DNA of 63,853 bases from Octopus bimaculoides (Eukaryota), in NCBI RefSeq assembly GCF_001194135.2, contig NC_068989.1:85542819-85606671 (forward strand), written 5' to 3'. The position numbers and the translations under genes were made by a program. The notes under the pieces were generated by a model. The model saw only the letters and a list, made by a program, of their open reading frames with translations, had not been told where the DNA came from and did not search any database. How positions within the stretch are numbered: position 1 is the first letter of the stretch; each line of letters begins with the position of its first letter. Shown here in pieces: positions 40,485-53,210 of the stretch.

Positions 40485-41065
40485 TCGCCGACCTATCTTG
40501 CGAAGATATTGGTTTCAAGTTTTGGCACAAGGCCAGCAAGTTTGGAAGCGGGGTTAAGTCGATTACATCGATCCCAGTGTTCAACTGGTACTTATTTTAT
40601 TGACCTCGAAAGGATGAAGGGCAAAGACGACCTCAGCAGAATCTGAACTCAGAACGTAGATGTACGAAATGCAACTAAGCATTTTGCTGAGAGTGCTAAC
40701 GATTCCGCCAACTCGCCGTCCTATAATGCGTAAATATTGATTTCAAAATTTGGCACAAGGCCAGTAATTTCGGGGGAGAGGTAAGTCGATGTAATCGACA
40801 CCAGTGTGCTAATGATTCTGCCAGCTCACCGTCCTGTCTTGCGTAAATATTCTTTTCTACTCTAGGCACAAGGCCCGAAATTTTAGGGGAGGGACCAGTC
40901 GATTAGATCGACCTCAGTACGCAACTGGTACTTAATTTATCAACCCGAAAGGATGAAAGGCAAAGTCGACCTCGACGAAATTTGAACTCAGAAGTAAAGG
41001 TAGATGAAATACCGCCAAGCACTTCGCCCGGCGTGCTAACGCTTCTGCCAGCTCGTCACCTTTGC
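40485..41065 (-). repeat. Three same-orientation family C SINE segments in tandem
   Basis: Repeated TTTGGCACAAGGCCAG...GTCGAT...CTGGTACTT...GATTCTGCCAGCTC blocks. Confidence 0.75.
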
Positions 41066-41199
41066 CTTGCGTATATATTAAAAAGCAATTTGAAAGGAAG
41101 TCAAATAAATAACTAAAGGGAAATAATTCCTTTTGTATTTAAGATCTAATTATTTCCCTTGAAATTTGTTTCTCACTTCCGAAGTTCAACTTGAATTAA

Positions 41200-41492
41200 C
41201 ACATAAAGCGCGATGGGTCCCGATCGTGACCGTCAGGCACAGATCGACAGGCCCCGATCGTGGCCCAGATAGATGCGTTTAATTTATGGGTGTTTGTTGG
41301 TATCTAATGTCACCCAAACGCTCCGGTACCCACCAGAATGCAACAGGACTAATAGTTCAACTATTGACTTTTCAGATGATGTAAAACATGCCACCATTAT
41401 ATACGAAGAAGATATTTTAACTTTGTTTTGTTTTTTATGTGTGTATGGTAGTCTCATTTTCATAAAATGTCCTCATCCCAGCGCTTTATGGG
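41200..41492. mobile_element. piggyBac-type MITE, third family
   Basis: TTAA-CACATAAAGCGC ... GCGCTTTATGGG-TTAA, with subterminal direct repeats CCCGATCGTGRCC. Confidence 0.65.
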
Positions 41493-41876
41493 TTAAACAC
41501 ATGACTACGATTTATTTAATCATCTCGAAAGAAATGAAGTAAAACTGTAAACGTGATCATAAAAGAACCGTGGATTTATGTAGGAATTAAATGATCCAGT
41601 AATAGTTTTTCTCGATCCGTTATATAAATCCTCAGGTTTTAAATCCGTTGTGTCATCAAGACTGATTCAGGGCAATTTTATTATCATGCACTCTCATACT
41701 AATTGTTACTCAGAGGAGGAAGTCCCTGAGATTGGTGGGAGGAAGTTATCTTCAGACCAGATACCTGATCTACTTGTTACAGAGTGAACTCCACTGAATG
41801 TACCCAAGGGTCAAATGATGGTGTTAAATTGAAATCCTTGTGACAGGAAGAGTTAATAGGTCACCATTTATAGCAG

Positions 41877-42214
41877 TGTGATGAGGAAAGAACAATAAGA
41901 TTTGAATAAGTTAAACAAGCGATAATTTATTCCTATCATAATAATAGAAGATTACCAAAGGGAATGGTGTTAATACTACAGTCTGGAACAAACATTCAAA
42001 TTACTTCCGTTCTGCTGGATCTTATGATGACTGTGCTGTGCTGAAGACAGGCAACGACTGGTTGAAGACAGCGGTGAAACTGGCTGGTATCTGGTCAATG
42101 GTGGCTGGCCTAAAGACACCAACAAAGAGCAGAAGAAACTGGTGTTTATATAACCATAGGGTGGCTCCACAGGCCAAGATGGTCTTTCCCGTGTAGGGAA
42201 CAAATTCTGTTACA
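41877..42214 (-). mobile_element. Possible solo LTR
   Basis: Minus strand reads TGTAACA...TATATAA...AATAAA...CATCACA. No TSD found. Confidence 0.3.
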
Positions 42215-42845
42215 AACACACAATTGACAGTTAAAACTGACCAATACCTGCAACTAAATTGACCAACAACTAGGTCATGTGACTTGATGCTAAGAAATGC
42301 CAGTCATCAAATTTGGTTTGATTTCGAATTCGATTTCGATTTCACTTGCCTCAACAGGTCTTCACAAGCAGAGCTTAGTGTCCAAAGAAAGAAAGGTACG
42401 CATAAGTGGGCTGGCTACACCCCTAGTAAAGGCCACGGGTTATGGTCTCACTTGTCTTGCCGGGTCTTTTCACGCACAGCATATTTCCAGTGAGGCCTAA
42501 TGTTCGAAAGTCGTTCTTCACCACCTCATCCCAGGTCTTCCTAGGCCTACCTCTTCCACAGGTACCTTCAACCAGTAGGGTGTGTCACTTTTTCACACAG
42601 CTATCCTCATCCATTCTCACAACATGACCATACCAGCGCAATCGTCTCTCTTGCAGACCATATATATATATGAGTAGCTGTGTGGTAAGACGCTTGCTTC
42701 CCAAACACATGGAAACATGGTTCTGGGTTCAGTTCCACTGCATGACACCTTGGGCAAGTGTCTTCTACTATAGCTTCGGGCCAACCTAAGCCTTTTGAGT
42801 GGATTTGGTAGACAGAAACTGAAAGAAGCCCTTCATATATAAATA

Positions 42846-42878
<33 letters not shown>

Positions 42879-44156
42879 TTGTGTGTCCATGTTTGTCGCC
42901 CCATCATCGCTTGACAAATGATGTCGGTGTGTTTACATCGCCATAATTAAGCGGTTTGTCAAAAGAGACGGATAGAATAAGTACTAGGCTTACAAAGAAT
43001 AGTCTTGGGGTCAATCTGTTTGACTAAAAGCAGTGCTTCAGCATGGCCACAGTCATACGACTGAAATAAGTAAAAGAATATATATATATATATATCATGT
43101 ATATACATACATTTTTCCCTCTCTCACAATGTGGGAGAGAGGCACAAGCACATACACAGACATATACACACGCGGCAGTAACTTCCGCCTACCAAAGCTT
43201 CGGGCAGCTCGGGGCTATAGCAGAAGACACTTGCCCAAAGTGCCACGCGGTGGGACTGAACCCGAAACCATGCAGCTGGGAAGCAAGCTTCCTAACCACA
43301 CAGCCATGCCCGCGCCTACAAATGTGTATATACATATGCGCAGCACTATTCGTGTGGCAACTTTCTACAGCCGGATGCCCTTCCTGCCACCAACCCCCAC
43401 CTGTTGCCAAGCGAGGTAGTTTTTTTCCATACATACATATGTACATGCATACATGTATGCATGTGTGTGTGTGTGTGTGTGTTTGCTTTGTAGCCATGTG
43501 ATTTTAAGTTTTATGTTTCTGCTTGATAACACAGGCAAGTTTCTTCTATTACATATATGTGCATACATGCATTCATGTCATCATCGTTGTTTAAACATCA
43601 AGTTCCTGGCATGGGTTGGATGGTTTGATGGGACCTGATGTGTCCAAGGACTCCATTGAACTCCAGTGTCTGCTGTGGCAATGCATGCCTTCCCTAATTT
43701 ATTTCTTTACTGCCCACGGGGGGGGGGGTAAACATAGAGGGGACAAACAAGGAGAGACAAAGAGATTAAGTCAATTACATTGACCCCAGTGTGTAACTGG
43801 TACTTATTTAATTGACCCCCAAAAGGATGAAAAACAAAGTCGACCTCAGCAGAATTTGAACTCAGAATGTAACAGCAGATGAAATACCACAAAACATTTC
43901 GCCCAGTGTGCTAATGATTTTGCCAGCTCGCTGCCTTTCCTAATGCCAACCACTTGCAGTGTGCTGGGTGACCTTTCCATGTTACCTGCAGTATTGAGGT
44001 CACCATGCAGTTTACGAGACTACAAACCCTGAGCGTCAGTTTGATGCTAGGGAACGAGGTGATTACTACAAGGGTTGGGGTAGTAGTGCAGATTCCTGTG
44101 TAGGGATCTGCATGGCTTCTCACATCTAGAAGGAAAGGGATGGGGACAGAAAGTGT

Positions 44157-44764
44157 GGTACTTTTTGGTTATCTCACCCCCATTAAAAAATTGGGTTATC
44201 TCACCCCTCCCCCTTTTATGAAAAATATCAGTACTTTTGGTCATCTCCTCCAACTAGAAAAAATTGTTTAACCCTCAATAAAACAAAGAAAATGAAAAAA
44301 GAGTGGCTGTGTGGTAAGTAGCTTGCTTACGAACCACATGGTTTCAGGTTCAGTCCCACTGCGTGGCACCTTGGGCAAGTGTCTTCTACTATAGCCTTGG
44401 GTTGACCAAAGTCTTGTGAGTGGATTTGGTAGATGGAAACTGAAAGAAGCCCGAGGCTATAGTAGAAGACACTTGCCCAAGGTGCCACGCAGTGGAACTG
44501 AACCCGGGACTATGTGGTTGGTAAGCAAGCTACTTACCACACAGCCACTTCTGCACCTTATAACATCCAATAACATTCTTATAACAAATCATACAATGCC
44601 TACTGAGGAGGCCAAAAGTCAAAAATGTGTTGAAGTATTGAATCAAAAGGATCTAACTCTTAATCCAGTCTCTTGTTGCCACATTAACTCAATTTTTTAA
44701 TGGGGAGATAACCCAATTTTTTAATGGCAATTTTTCAATGAGGGTGAAATAACCAGAAAGTACC
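44157..44764. mobile_element. Non-autonomous DNA transposon with 8-bp TSD, Merlin-like
   Basis: TIR GGTACTTTTTGGTTATCTCACCCCC versus GGTACTTTCTGGTTATTTCACCCTC. Exact TSD GAAAGTGT at 44149-44156 and 44765-44772. Internal subrepeats AAAAAATTGGGTTATCTC. Confidence 0.75.
44303..44548. repeat. Inverted dimer of family B SINE heads forming a ~97-bp stem
   Basis: Left arm 44303-44400 and right arm 44451-44548 are reverse complements with about 7 mismatches by eye. Confidence 0.85.
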
Positions 44765-45814
44765 GAAAGTGTGAAGGCTAAATATATGCATGAATATTGA
44801 CATTCCACAGCTTAGCATGTCACTGCCTGAGCAAAATGGTGACATGATATTTACATTCCTTGCTGACATTACAAATATTCAGTCAGTGCTTTGGTAGAGG
44901 AGTGGAATAACTAACTAGCCTTTACTTGAGGAACAGGTAAGGGTAAGGCTTACCAACGAGGAGGGCATCCGGCCATAAACCATTGCTATAAACAAGTCTT
45001 CATCCAATCGATAGATAAAAAGACCATAAACACACACACACACAAATGCCCACACACTGCACACATACACATACATACATATATATGTGTGAACAAGCAC
45101 ACACACATGCACACATACATACATGCATGCATACATACATGTGTGTCTGTGTCTGTGTGTGGCTAAAATATGTTTGACCATGGGGAAAAATATTTTACTT
45201 AGAAACAGGCTCCAATCTGCCAAATCAGATTGGAGCCTGGTGTCACCTCCTGGTCCACCAGTCCTCATTCAAATCGTCCGACCCATGCTAGCATGGAAAG
45301 TGGACGTTAAACAATGATGATGATGATGATGATGATGATGAAACAGGTGAGGGTTGGCAATAAAAAGGGAACCCAGTCATAGTAAATTGGTCTCAATAAA
45401 CTCTGTCTGACCCATGCAAACATGAAAAAGTGGACGTTAAATGGTGATGATTAGTTTAGCAGATCATAAAATATCAATAAGCAACTCTAATAGTAACTGA
45501 TGCTTATATACCAACTTCTGAAACATCAAACACTATTTAAATCAGTTGAAGTGACAATTCATTGTAATCTCTATAATAGAGACAGAGATCTATTGTCAGA
45601 AAGGTGTAGACTTTAAGTTTAATGGATGTGAATTGACTTATGAACAGAAAGGACAAGTGTGTGGGTGAATGTCTTTGTGCGGGGGGGGGGGGATAAAAGT
45701 TTCAGTTATAAAGTGTAAGAAACATAACAGCTGTTGATGATGTGTTTAAACTTGAACAAATGACAAAACAATAACAAAATCTGTGACAGAAAGGAAAAAA
45801 ATTGTGACATTCTG

Positions 45815-46070
45815 ATATACATACATACATACATACTTACATACATTCATACATACATACATACAAATACATACATTCATACATACATATTTACATACAT
45901 ACATCCATAAATACATACATACTTACATACATTCATACATACATGCATACAAATACATACATTCATACATACATATTTACATACATACATCCATAAATAT
46001 ATACATACATACATACATACTTACATACATTCATACATACACACATTCATATGTACATACATTCATACAT
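45815..46070. repeat. (ACAT)n array with higher-order duplication
   Basis: Variant units ACTT, ATTC, AAAT, ATTT and ATCC recur in the same order twice. Confidence 0.85.
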
Positions 46071-48369
46071 TTCCTTTATATACATATATATATACACACA
46101 CACCCATATATATATATATTTCGTTTTTAAGAAAATGACTCTCCCCAGACACAACAGTATATATATATATATNNNNNNNNNNNNNNNNNNNNNNNNNNNN
46201 NNNNNNNNNNNNNNNNNNNNNNNNNNNNNNNNNNNNNNNNNNNNNNNNNNNNNNNNNAGGGAGAGAGGCTGGGTGAGAGAAAGGGCAAAGAGGCAGACAG
46301 ACTGAGAGCAGCTGGATCTAACACTAAAGTATTTATTAGATGGAAGAAATGTTTGTGCAAAGAATTCAAAATGTCATAGTTGTTAAACGGGTCTATATTT
46401 CAATGCAGACCTGTTAAATTTCAATAAACACAAAATAACTAAAACGTTTAGCTAACACAATAAATAGCATTTGGTTTATACTCTAAAATCATTTGACCTA
46501 CCAGAATTACATTGCACTGTGCCTTCAGATTGTATATTCACAAATAGCATGGAAGACAATACAATACAGTGTGCTGGCTGGCTGGCTGGCTGGCTGTTAT
46601 TGAAATTATAGTGACCAGCTGCCAGTTTTGTGGTATCTGGCTACTAATCATTGGAAGGTTAAGAATGCCAATAACTTTAAATATGAAAGAATGAGAACAG
46701 AGGAATCAATGAATACTTTTAAAATGAATTACTAGCAAAACAATTGGAAAATAATATCTTTCATTTGTTTCAGTCATGAGACTGTGGTCATGCTGGGGCA
46801 ACTGGTGCTTACTCTATCAATTTTTCTTTTTTTTTTTTTGGCAAACCACTAAGTTACAGGGATGTAAACACACCAACACTTGTTGTTAAGTGGTGGTGAG
46901 GGACAGACACAGGTACAAACACACATACACACACATATACAACGGGCTTCTTTTTGGTTTCTGTCTACCAAATCCATTCACAAAGCTTTAGTCAGCCTGA
47001 GGCTATAGTAGAAGACACTTACCCAAGGTGCCACACAGTGGGACTGAACTCAAAACCATGTGGTTTGGAAGCAAACTTCTTACCACACAGTCACATTAAG
47101 GAATATTTATAATAATAATAATAATATAAATAATATATAAATATACGCATATATCCATACATATATGTACATACCTACATATATATGTACATGCATATAT
47201 GGGTACAGGACGTGAAAAAATGTTGAACACAATGAGAAACGAAAACATAAAAACGAACTTTTTTTCGAACAACGAAAAAAATAAAGAGAAACGAAATATG
47301 CAGCATAAAGAGTATACCCCTTCGTCAGTTGTCCCTGTTCCATCTACTCGGCTGTGTGGTAAGTAACTTGCTTACTAACCTTATGGTTCTAGGTTCAGTC
47401 CCACTGCATGGCACCTTGGACAAGAGTCTTCTGCTATAGCCTCAGGCTGACCAAAGCCTTGTGAGTGGATTTGGTAGACAGAAGCTGAAAGAAGCCCATT
47501 GTATATATGTATATATCTAATATAATAAATGTGAAAACTAATTTCCGTGTGTCAGTGTGTCACACTTAGACCACACCTCTCTCACTTTTCAATGACACTT
47601 CTACTATTCCTCATGATGGGGTGAGAGTAATAGTAGGCATAAAGATGGTGAGGGTGGTGGCAAAGACAGAGAGAGAGAGAAGGAAAAGAGAGGGAGAGAA
47701 AGAGAGACAAAAAAATTTAGGGAGAGTTGATAATGTTTTATTAAAAGTAATAGTGTTGATGGTGGCAGTGGGAGTAATAATAAAAGAGAGAGAAAGAGTG
47801 AGTGTGTGAAAGAAAGAGGGAGATGATGTACAACTTTGTTAAACCATGTCTCTTTGACAGAAATTCCTGTCGCCAACATACTGAATACTATCCTCTAAGT
47901 GATGGCTGCACCCCATCCATTTTTCATTATTTTCTCCATCCTAAAAGAGGTCACCATCCTTGAACTCATGTCTCATGCCAGTAACTATACAATGGTAAAG
48001 AACTAAATAAATAAATTAATGGTAAAAGACATTCCAAATCCGAAACGAAATCCCTCCCCCTCCCTCTCTCTACCTATCTATTTGTCTGTCTATCTATCTG
48101 TCTATCCATCTATCTATCTATCTATCTATCTATCTCAATGGTGGTGGTGGTGGCTAAGGCAGGGATGATGGTGATAGTAAGTGATGTAAGGTGGTGAGCT
48201 GGCAGAAACAGCACACCAAGCGAAATGCTTAGTGGTAGTTCATCTGTCTTTATGTTTTGAGTTCAAATTCCACCAAGATCGACTTTGCCTTTCGTCCTTT
48301 CAGGGTCGATAAATTAAGTACCAAAACTCCAAAGCAAAGATTTTTCTATGCATGCATTAATTAGTGAAT

Positions 48370-48960
48370 GTTAAGTGGCTTTGCAAACTACTGGAAGAAT
48401 TTGTCAGAAATCTCCACTAAGGACTAATAATTTTCCTCCAAGGAGTTGCTTGTCATTCACGACTTCCTGTAGTGTGCATTTTAAAGTTTCAAGAAGTATG
48501 TTGGTGGTACATTGGGGCTTCCCCCCACACCAACAGTTGCACATCATATAAAAGGCATCCAGATGCATCATTGAGACATGTCACATTGAAGCCAATGTTA
48601 CAGGAATGGGGAACTGAAAGTGGGAATGAGAAATGCAGCTGAACTTCAGCAGTGTCACCGTGATACCAGAGAAAGCTGTAGCAAGGGCAGTTTCACTGTT
48701 TTTGCAAACATAAGACAGCAATAAGTTTAACAGGAAATTCTTGCCTGTTACACCTGGAGCATCAAGGAATAAGCAAATCCCTTTCGTTGTTGTCGATTTT
48801 TTTGTTTTGACTGTTTCAAAGACAATCCTGTTCATTTTTGACCACATCAATGTAATTATTGTAGTAGGTCTCTACTGAAGGATCTATTTCATCTTGACAG
48901 GTGCAGTCTGTTTTTGGTTATTAGCAGCAGGTAAATCAAAATCAACTGTTGAACGGTTAG
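48370..48960 (-). mobile_element. Helitron PIF1-like helicase pseudogene fragment
   Basis: RIVFETVK...LFLDAPGVTGKNFLLNLLL...ALATAFSGITVTLL...SHSHFQFP resembles the Helitron helicase Walker A region DAPGGTGKTFL...AVASSGIAATLL...TAHS. Stops and frameshifts on both sides. Confidence 0.8.
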
Positions 48961-48994
48961 ATAAAAAATGATATGTTTTCTTTTGCCTAGCATA

Positions 48995-49991
48995 ACGTTG
49001 GGGGAGGGGGCAAATTAAGTGTTTTTACAGCATTTTTGACTCTGAGACAAAATATATTTCTTACAAATATTCATTTCCTTACTAAAACTATATCAGCTAA
49101 GGAAATGACCTTCCCTAAATGCATTAAAAGCATTATAATATAATCTGATCGCTATTTCAGAAAATTATTGCCGTTCTCTTTGAGCATATAAAAGACAAAT
49201 TTGGTTGGGGCAAAATGAGTAAGGCAAGATAAGATAGATTTGCCACCTCAATTTTCCAGAAAACAGACTCATACACATCAACATCTATCCCTTGACATAA
49301 GAAAGATCAGAAATGCCAATAATAATTTTAAATGTTTTGGTCAAATGAAAGAGGATCAGGGAAAAATGGCCTGTGATATGAAATTAAGAAAACTCTACTG
49401 AACAGAAAAAAAAACTCAACATGAAATGTTATTTATAGCTTCATCACGATCTGCTGGAGTGTCCTCTTTGTGATATATTTACTTGCCATGCAGTTAAAGA
49501 GAAGAAATTATTGAAATTTGGCAGTGGTGCTATTAAGTTAGACATGGTCTGGACCAATCTTTGGTCGAAACAAATCTAAGTTTTTATCTAAACTTATTTT
49601 ACCCCATTTTAGACATCATTTTTTGAAACATGAAAATTATCAAATTAGAGATTAGTGTGGGAAAAAAATTGATTTGAAATTCAACAGAGAAAAGAATATT
49701 GGTTGATAAACAACAAAAATTATCTTGATGTTATATTAGCAACCTCAATTACAATCAAGTCAAAATTGAGGGAAAATTTCTTGAAAAAAAAATAGACCTG
49801 CTACTTGACTACGTTTCGCGCTTTCTCAACTTCAACAACTACACTGACCAGTTTTTACTCCTGAAGATGATGGAACAGTACAAAATAATGATGTAATGTA
49901 ATAATTTCGAACAGGTAGGGAGAAAATAACGAGAAAACAGAAGTTACTCATTTTGCCCCGGTTACTAATTTTTCCTCCCCGCCTCACCATT
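48995..49991. mobile_element. Decayed TA-flanked DNA transposon (pogo/Tc1-like)
   Basis: Inverted subterminal motif GGGGCAAAATGAGTAA (about 49207) / TTACTCATTTTGCCCC (about 49945). G-rich degenerate TIRs; TA at both flanks. Confidence 0.4.
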
Positions 49992-50539
49992 TAACTTTTT
50001 AAACACCAAAAGTTTTCACTATTGTCGAAGGATTTGAATTCCAGACGTTTGTATTCGTCATACTGGATAAAAAGTTGCTTTCACTTTAACTGGAAGATTT
50101 ATCTGCAACCTTATCACTTTTTGTTTCACTTAGGTGGACGCTATTCTACACGTATACCTCTACAGATAACTTGAGTGGTAATACTACAAACGGTCGCGGT
50201 TTGGTATTCTATTGGCAAAATCAGTAGAGCGATGGAAAAAATAACTTTGCTGGATTTAATAACGTCTATTTACGTCCAGAGTTCAAATCCAGTAAGGGGG
50301 AATAAAATAAACCTTGGTCATGTACTAAGTTTTTAAGGGAGAGGATTATACTCTCAGCACCTTTGTATCTATGGAACTTATTAAAAATCCTGTGTGACTA
50401 TTTTCGGGGACATTCAATGGCTAATTGTTGTTATTTTAAAATAAATTATATAAATGTTCGTACAGTTGAACTTAATGAGTTAAATTAATTTATAAATAAA
50501 TAAATAAAACAAATTTTATTTATTTAATTAAACAAAGTT

Positions 50540-50700
50540 TTCTTGCGATTGGCGTCGTTAAGTAAAATTTCTGTCACATCAACATCAACAGTTAGCAATT
50601 TCATCCAATCAGGAAGTAGCTTTCAATTCAGTCCGGAGCACTTTGGCGGTAAAAATGGATGGATTGTTTGAAATGCCCAGAATTTGAATCTGATCTGCGG
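50540..50700 (+). promoter_or_regulatory. DBF4 cell-cycle-type promoter
   Basis: ATTGG 50548-50552, CCAAT 50605-50609, CAGGAAGT 50610-50617, E2F-type TTTGGCGG 50642-50649, CHR-type TTTGAA 50667-50672 and 50683-50688, all upstream of the DBF4 exons. Confidence 0.6.
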
Positions 50701-50711
50701 CATTTCCTCTT

Positions 50712-50761
50712 ATGGAAGCAAGCTTTCTTCACCCGATCTCCTATGGTACTTCTGGAATTCG
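50712..50761 (+). CDS. DBF4: Tentative DBF4 exon 1 (MEASFLHPISYGTSGIR)
   Basis: ATG just downstream of the promoter motifs. A weak donor CG|GTACTT in phase 2 joins in frame to the fully open exon starting at 53732. Could equally be 5' UTR. Confidence 0.25.
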
Positions 50762-51674
50762 GTACTTTGGTTCGTGATTTTTGATTTCTCCTTCATTTTC
50801 TATAAAGTTATTCTGTTCATTTAACGATTAATTCCAGTTAACACTTTGAAAATCTCAGGCGTTTGCGGTCGTCTGTTTAATGTTATTGTCTGTTTTAGAT
50901 TTTGGATTTTTGCCAGTTAATATTTATAATAGAAAATATATAATTTCACTGACATAGCTGTTATAATTCTATGCTTGTAAATTATAGATGTTTATTCAAA
51001 ACATTTGTACGGATCCTACCCAGTAAAAATAACCATCCACCAAGAAACGTTAAATGACCCTTAACTAATTTACTCTTCCAAACAAACTTGTGGTCTCTTA
51101 CAAAAACCTTAAACGAATACAATAAACCATCCAACAGGCGCCTGAACGAAATGCACGCATGTGAAACACTCAATATCGAGGGAGTGGATCCATCATTAGA
51201 TAAAAGTAATTACACTCTAATATATGTATTGAGTATTTTTCTACCGTTTACATGTGTGTATAGCCACAATCCATATATATATGTATATATATATATTTAT
51301 AGATAACTGGTTTTCTGATTTCAATTATTCGACCCAGTCATACTGGAATCACCGCAACTTGAGGTGATTTTAGTATGTCATATCGGCCCCAGTACTTCTT
51401 TCAGTCTGGTATTTATCGTTCTCTGTCGAATAGCTGAGCTGTCTTTTTACATAAATAAGCTGTAGTACACTCGCTCGAGTACTAAAAAGACATTGGACAA
51501 CCTGAGATTGTAGTAGGAGACCCTTGCCTATAGTCAAAGCTGGGACCATGCAATTGCAAACAACCACCAACAATGCCTGCGCCTGTATTATATTTCAAGT
51601 CACGACATTTTAAAATAAGCTATGTGGGGTTATACGAAAGTTACCGACATATAATATTTCTTCTTGGGAGCCTC

Positions 51675-53210
51675 TACTTGGTCGCTCATTCTACTAGAAA
51701 TTACAGCCAAATCTCTTTTAAATCGTTCCCGAGTGTTTTGAAAATGTAAGGATACTGAATAATGTCCTGGTTATACAAGATAGATGGTCACGGTTGGAAT
51801 GCTTTTTTAATTATAGGTCTGCTTGACCAAGGTTGATCTAGGGTTAAACGAATAATAACCAATTATAGTACTATTATTTGTATTTACGAGCTTATGAGGG
51901 TTACTAAGTGGTTACTTAACTTACTAGACATAGTGACCAAATAACACTATCATAAAAATGAATGCATTAGATATATGTAGTCTTAGCTACAATATGTGTG
52001 AATAGAAAATATAATGGTTACCAGAAACATCTATTATAGGTTTGCTGGATCTGGCTTAACCTGGTACTAAGCAATCATATTTTTATTAAACCACACTCTT
52101 AAAAATAGATATTGTATACTTCATTGGATAATGCAATATTAAATACATGATGCCTGAAAGTTAACAGACTTGGTCGTGGTTGGAATGTTTTTGATTATAG
52201 ATTTTCTCAATCAGGACTGAGCTGGGACTAAACTTTATGTTCCTGATATTAATATGTAATAGCGTGACCGTCCCAGCAGGTTGCTGTGTTATTAAAAACT
52301 TGGATTTTCAACTCTATGGTTTAAGGTTCAATTGCAACTGTCTAACACTTTGGGCAAGTATCTTCTACTAGGGTCTTATTCAGTAGCTGGAAATTATGGA
52401 AACCAATTGTTGTGTTAGATTTAATCCATTATCTTGTTTAGTACCACTACCATATGGCCTTTGAATACCTTTATCAGGGTCCTCTCTGTTTCATTTCTTT
52501 GGGTCACGTCTGATGTGAGGATAACTTCCTCCTACCTTTTAGAGAGGCTTTGATTAACTCATTAAAAAAAGACCTTTTCCCTCCTCTTTCGTTTTCTTGC
52601 AATCTTCATAAAAACACTTATTAGGAATGGCATGAAAACCATAATGATATACAGTATTTATGTATGTGGAGGCACATGGCTTAGTGGTTAGGGTGTTGTA
52701 CTCATGATTGTAAGATGGTGGTTTCAATTCCTGGATTGGGCGATGTGTTGTGTTCTTGAACAAAACATTTCATTTCACAGTCCACTCAACTGGCAACAAT
52801 AAGTAATCCTGCAAACAGACCAGCATCCTGTCCAGGGAAGAATATATACGCAAGAGGACACAGGAAACTGATCCTAGGCCCCTTACAGAGTAATGTAGAC
52901 TAACCATATTTATGTATACAAAACTGATGGTCCATTTTTAAGATGATAGTGTTATTTGGTCACTATGTCTAGTAAGTTAAGTAACCCTCATAGACATGTA
53001 AATACAAATAATAGTACTATAATTGGTTATTGTTCATTTAACCTTAGACCAGCCCCGATCAAGTAGACCTATAATTAAAGAGGCATTCCAACCGTGACCA
53101 TCTATCTTGTATAACCAGGACATTATTCAGTGTCCTTACAATTTCAAAACACTAGGGAACGAATTAAAAGAGATTTGGCTGTAATTTCTAGTAGAATGAG
53201 CGACCAAGTA
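51675..53210. repeat. Local inverted duplication, arms 51675-51960 and 52933-53210
   Basis: About 280 bp, roughly 90% identical by eye, including a spacer and junction between two SINE-like pieces. Confidence 0.85.

Noticed and set aside
47200-47345. Minus-strand CTGACGA-AGGGG as a hammerhead
   Set aside because: No GAAA after a closable stem II. CTGATGA at about 24913, 39563 (minus) and 54948 was rejected for the same reason.
49945-49990. Minus-strand MVRRGGKISNRGKM as a PDAP1-like or other divergent gene start
   Set aside because: No downstream PDAP1 exons were found, and the sequence coincides with the GGGGCAAAATGAGTAA terminal repeat of the 48995-49991 element.
34100-50500. SLC25A40 head-to-head with DBF4 as in human
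   Set aside because: No mitochondrial-carrier motifs were seen in any frame by eye.
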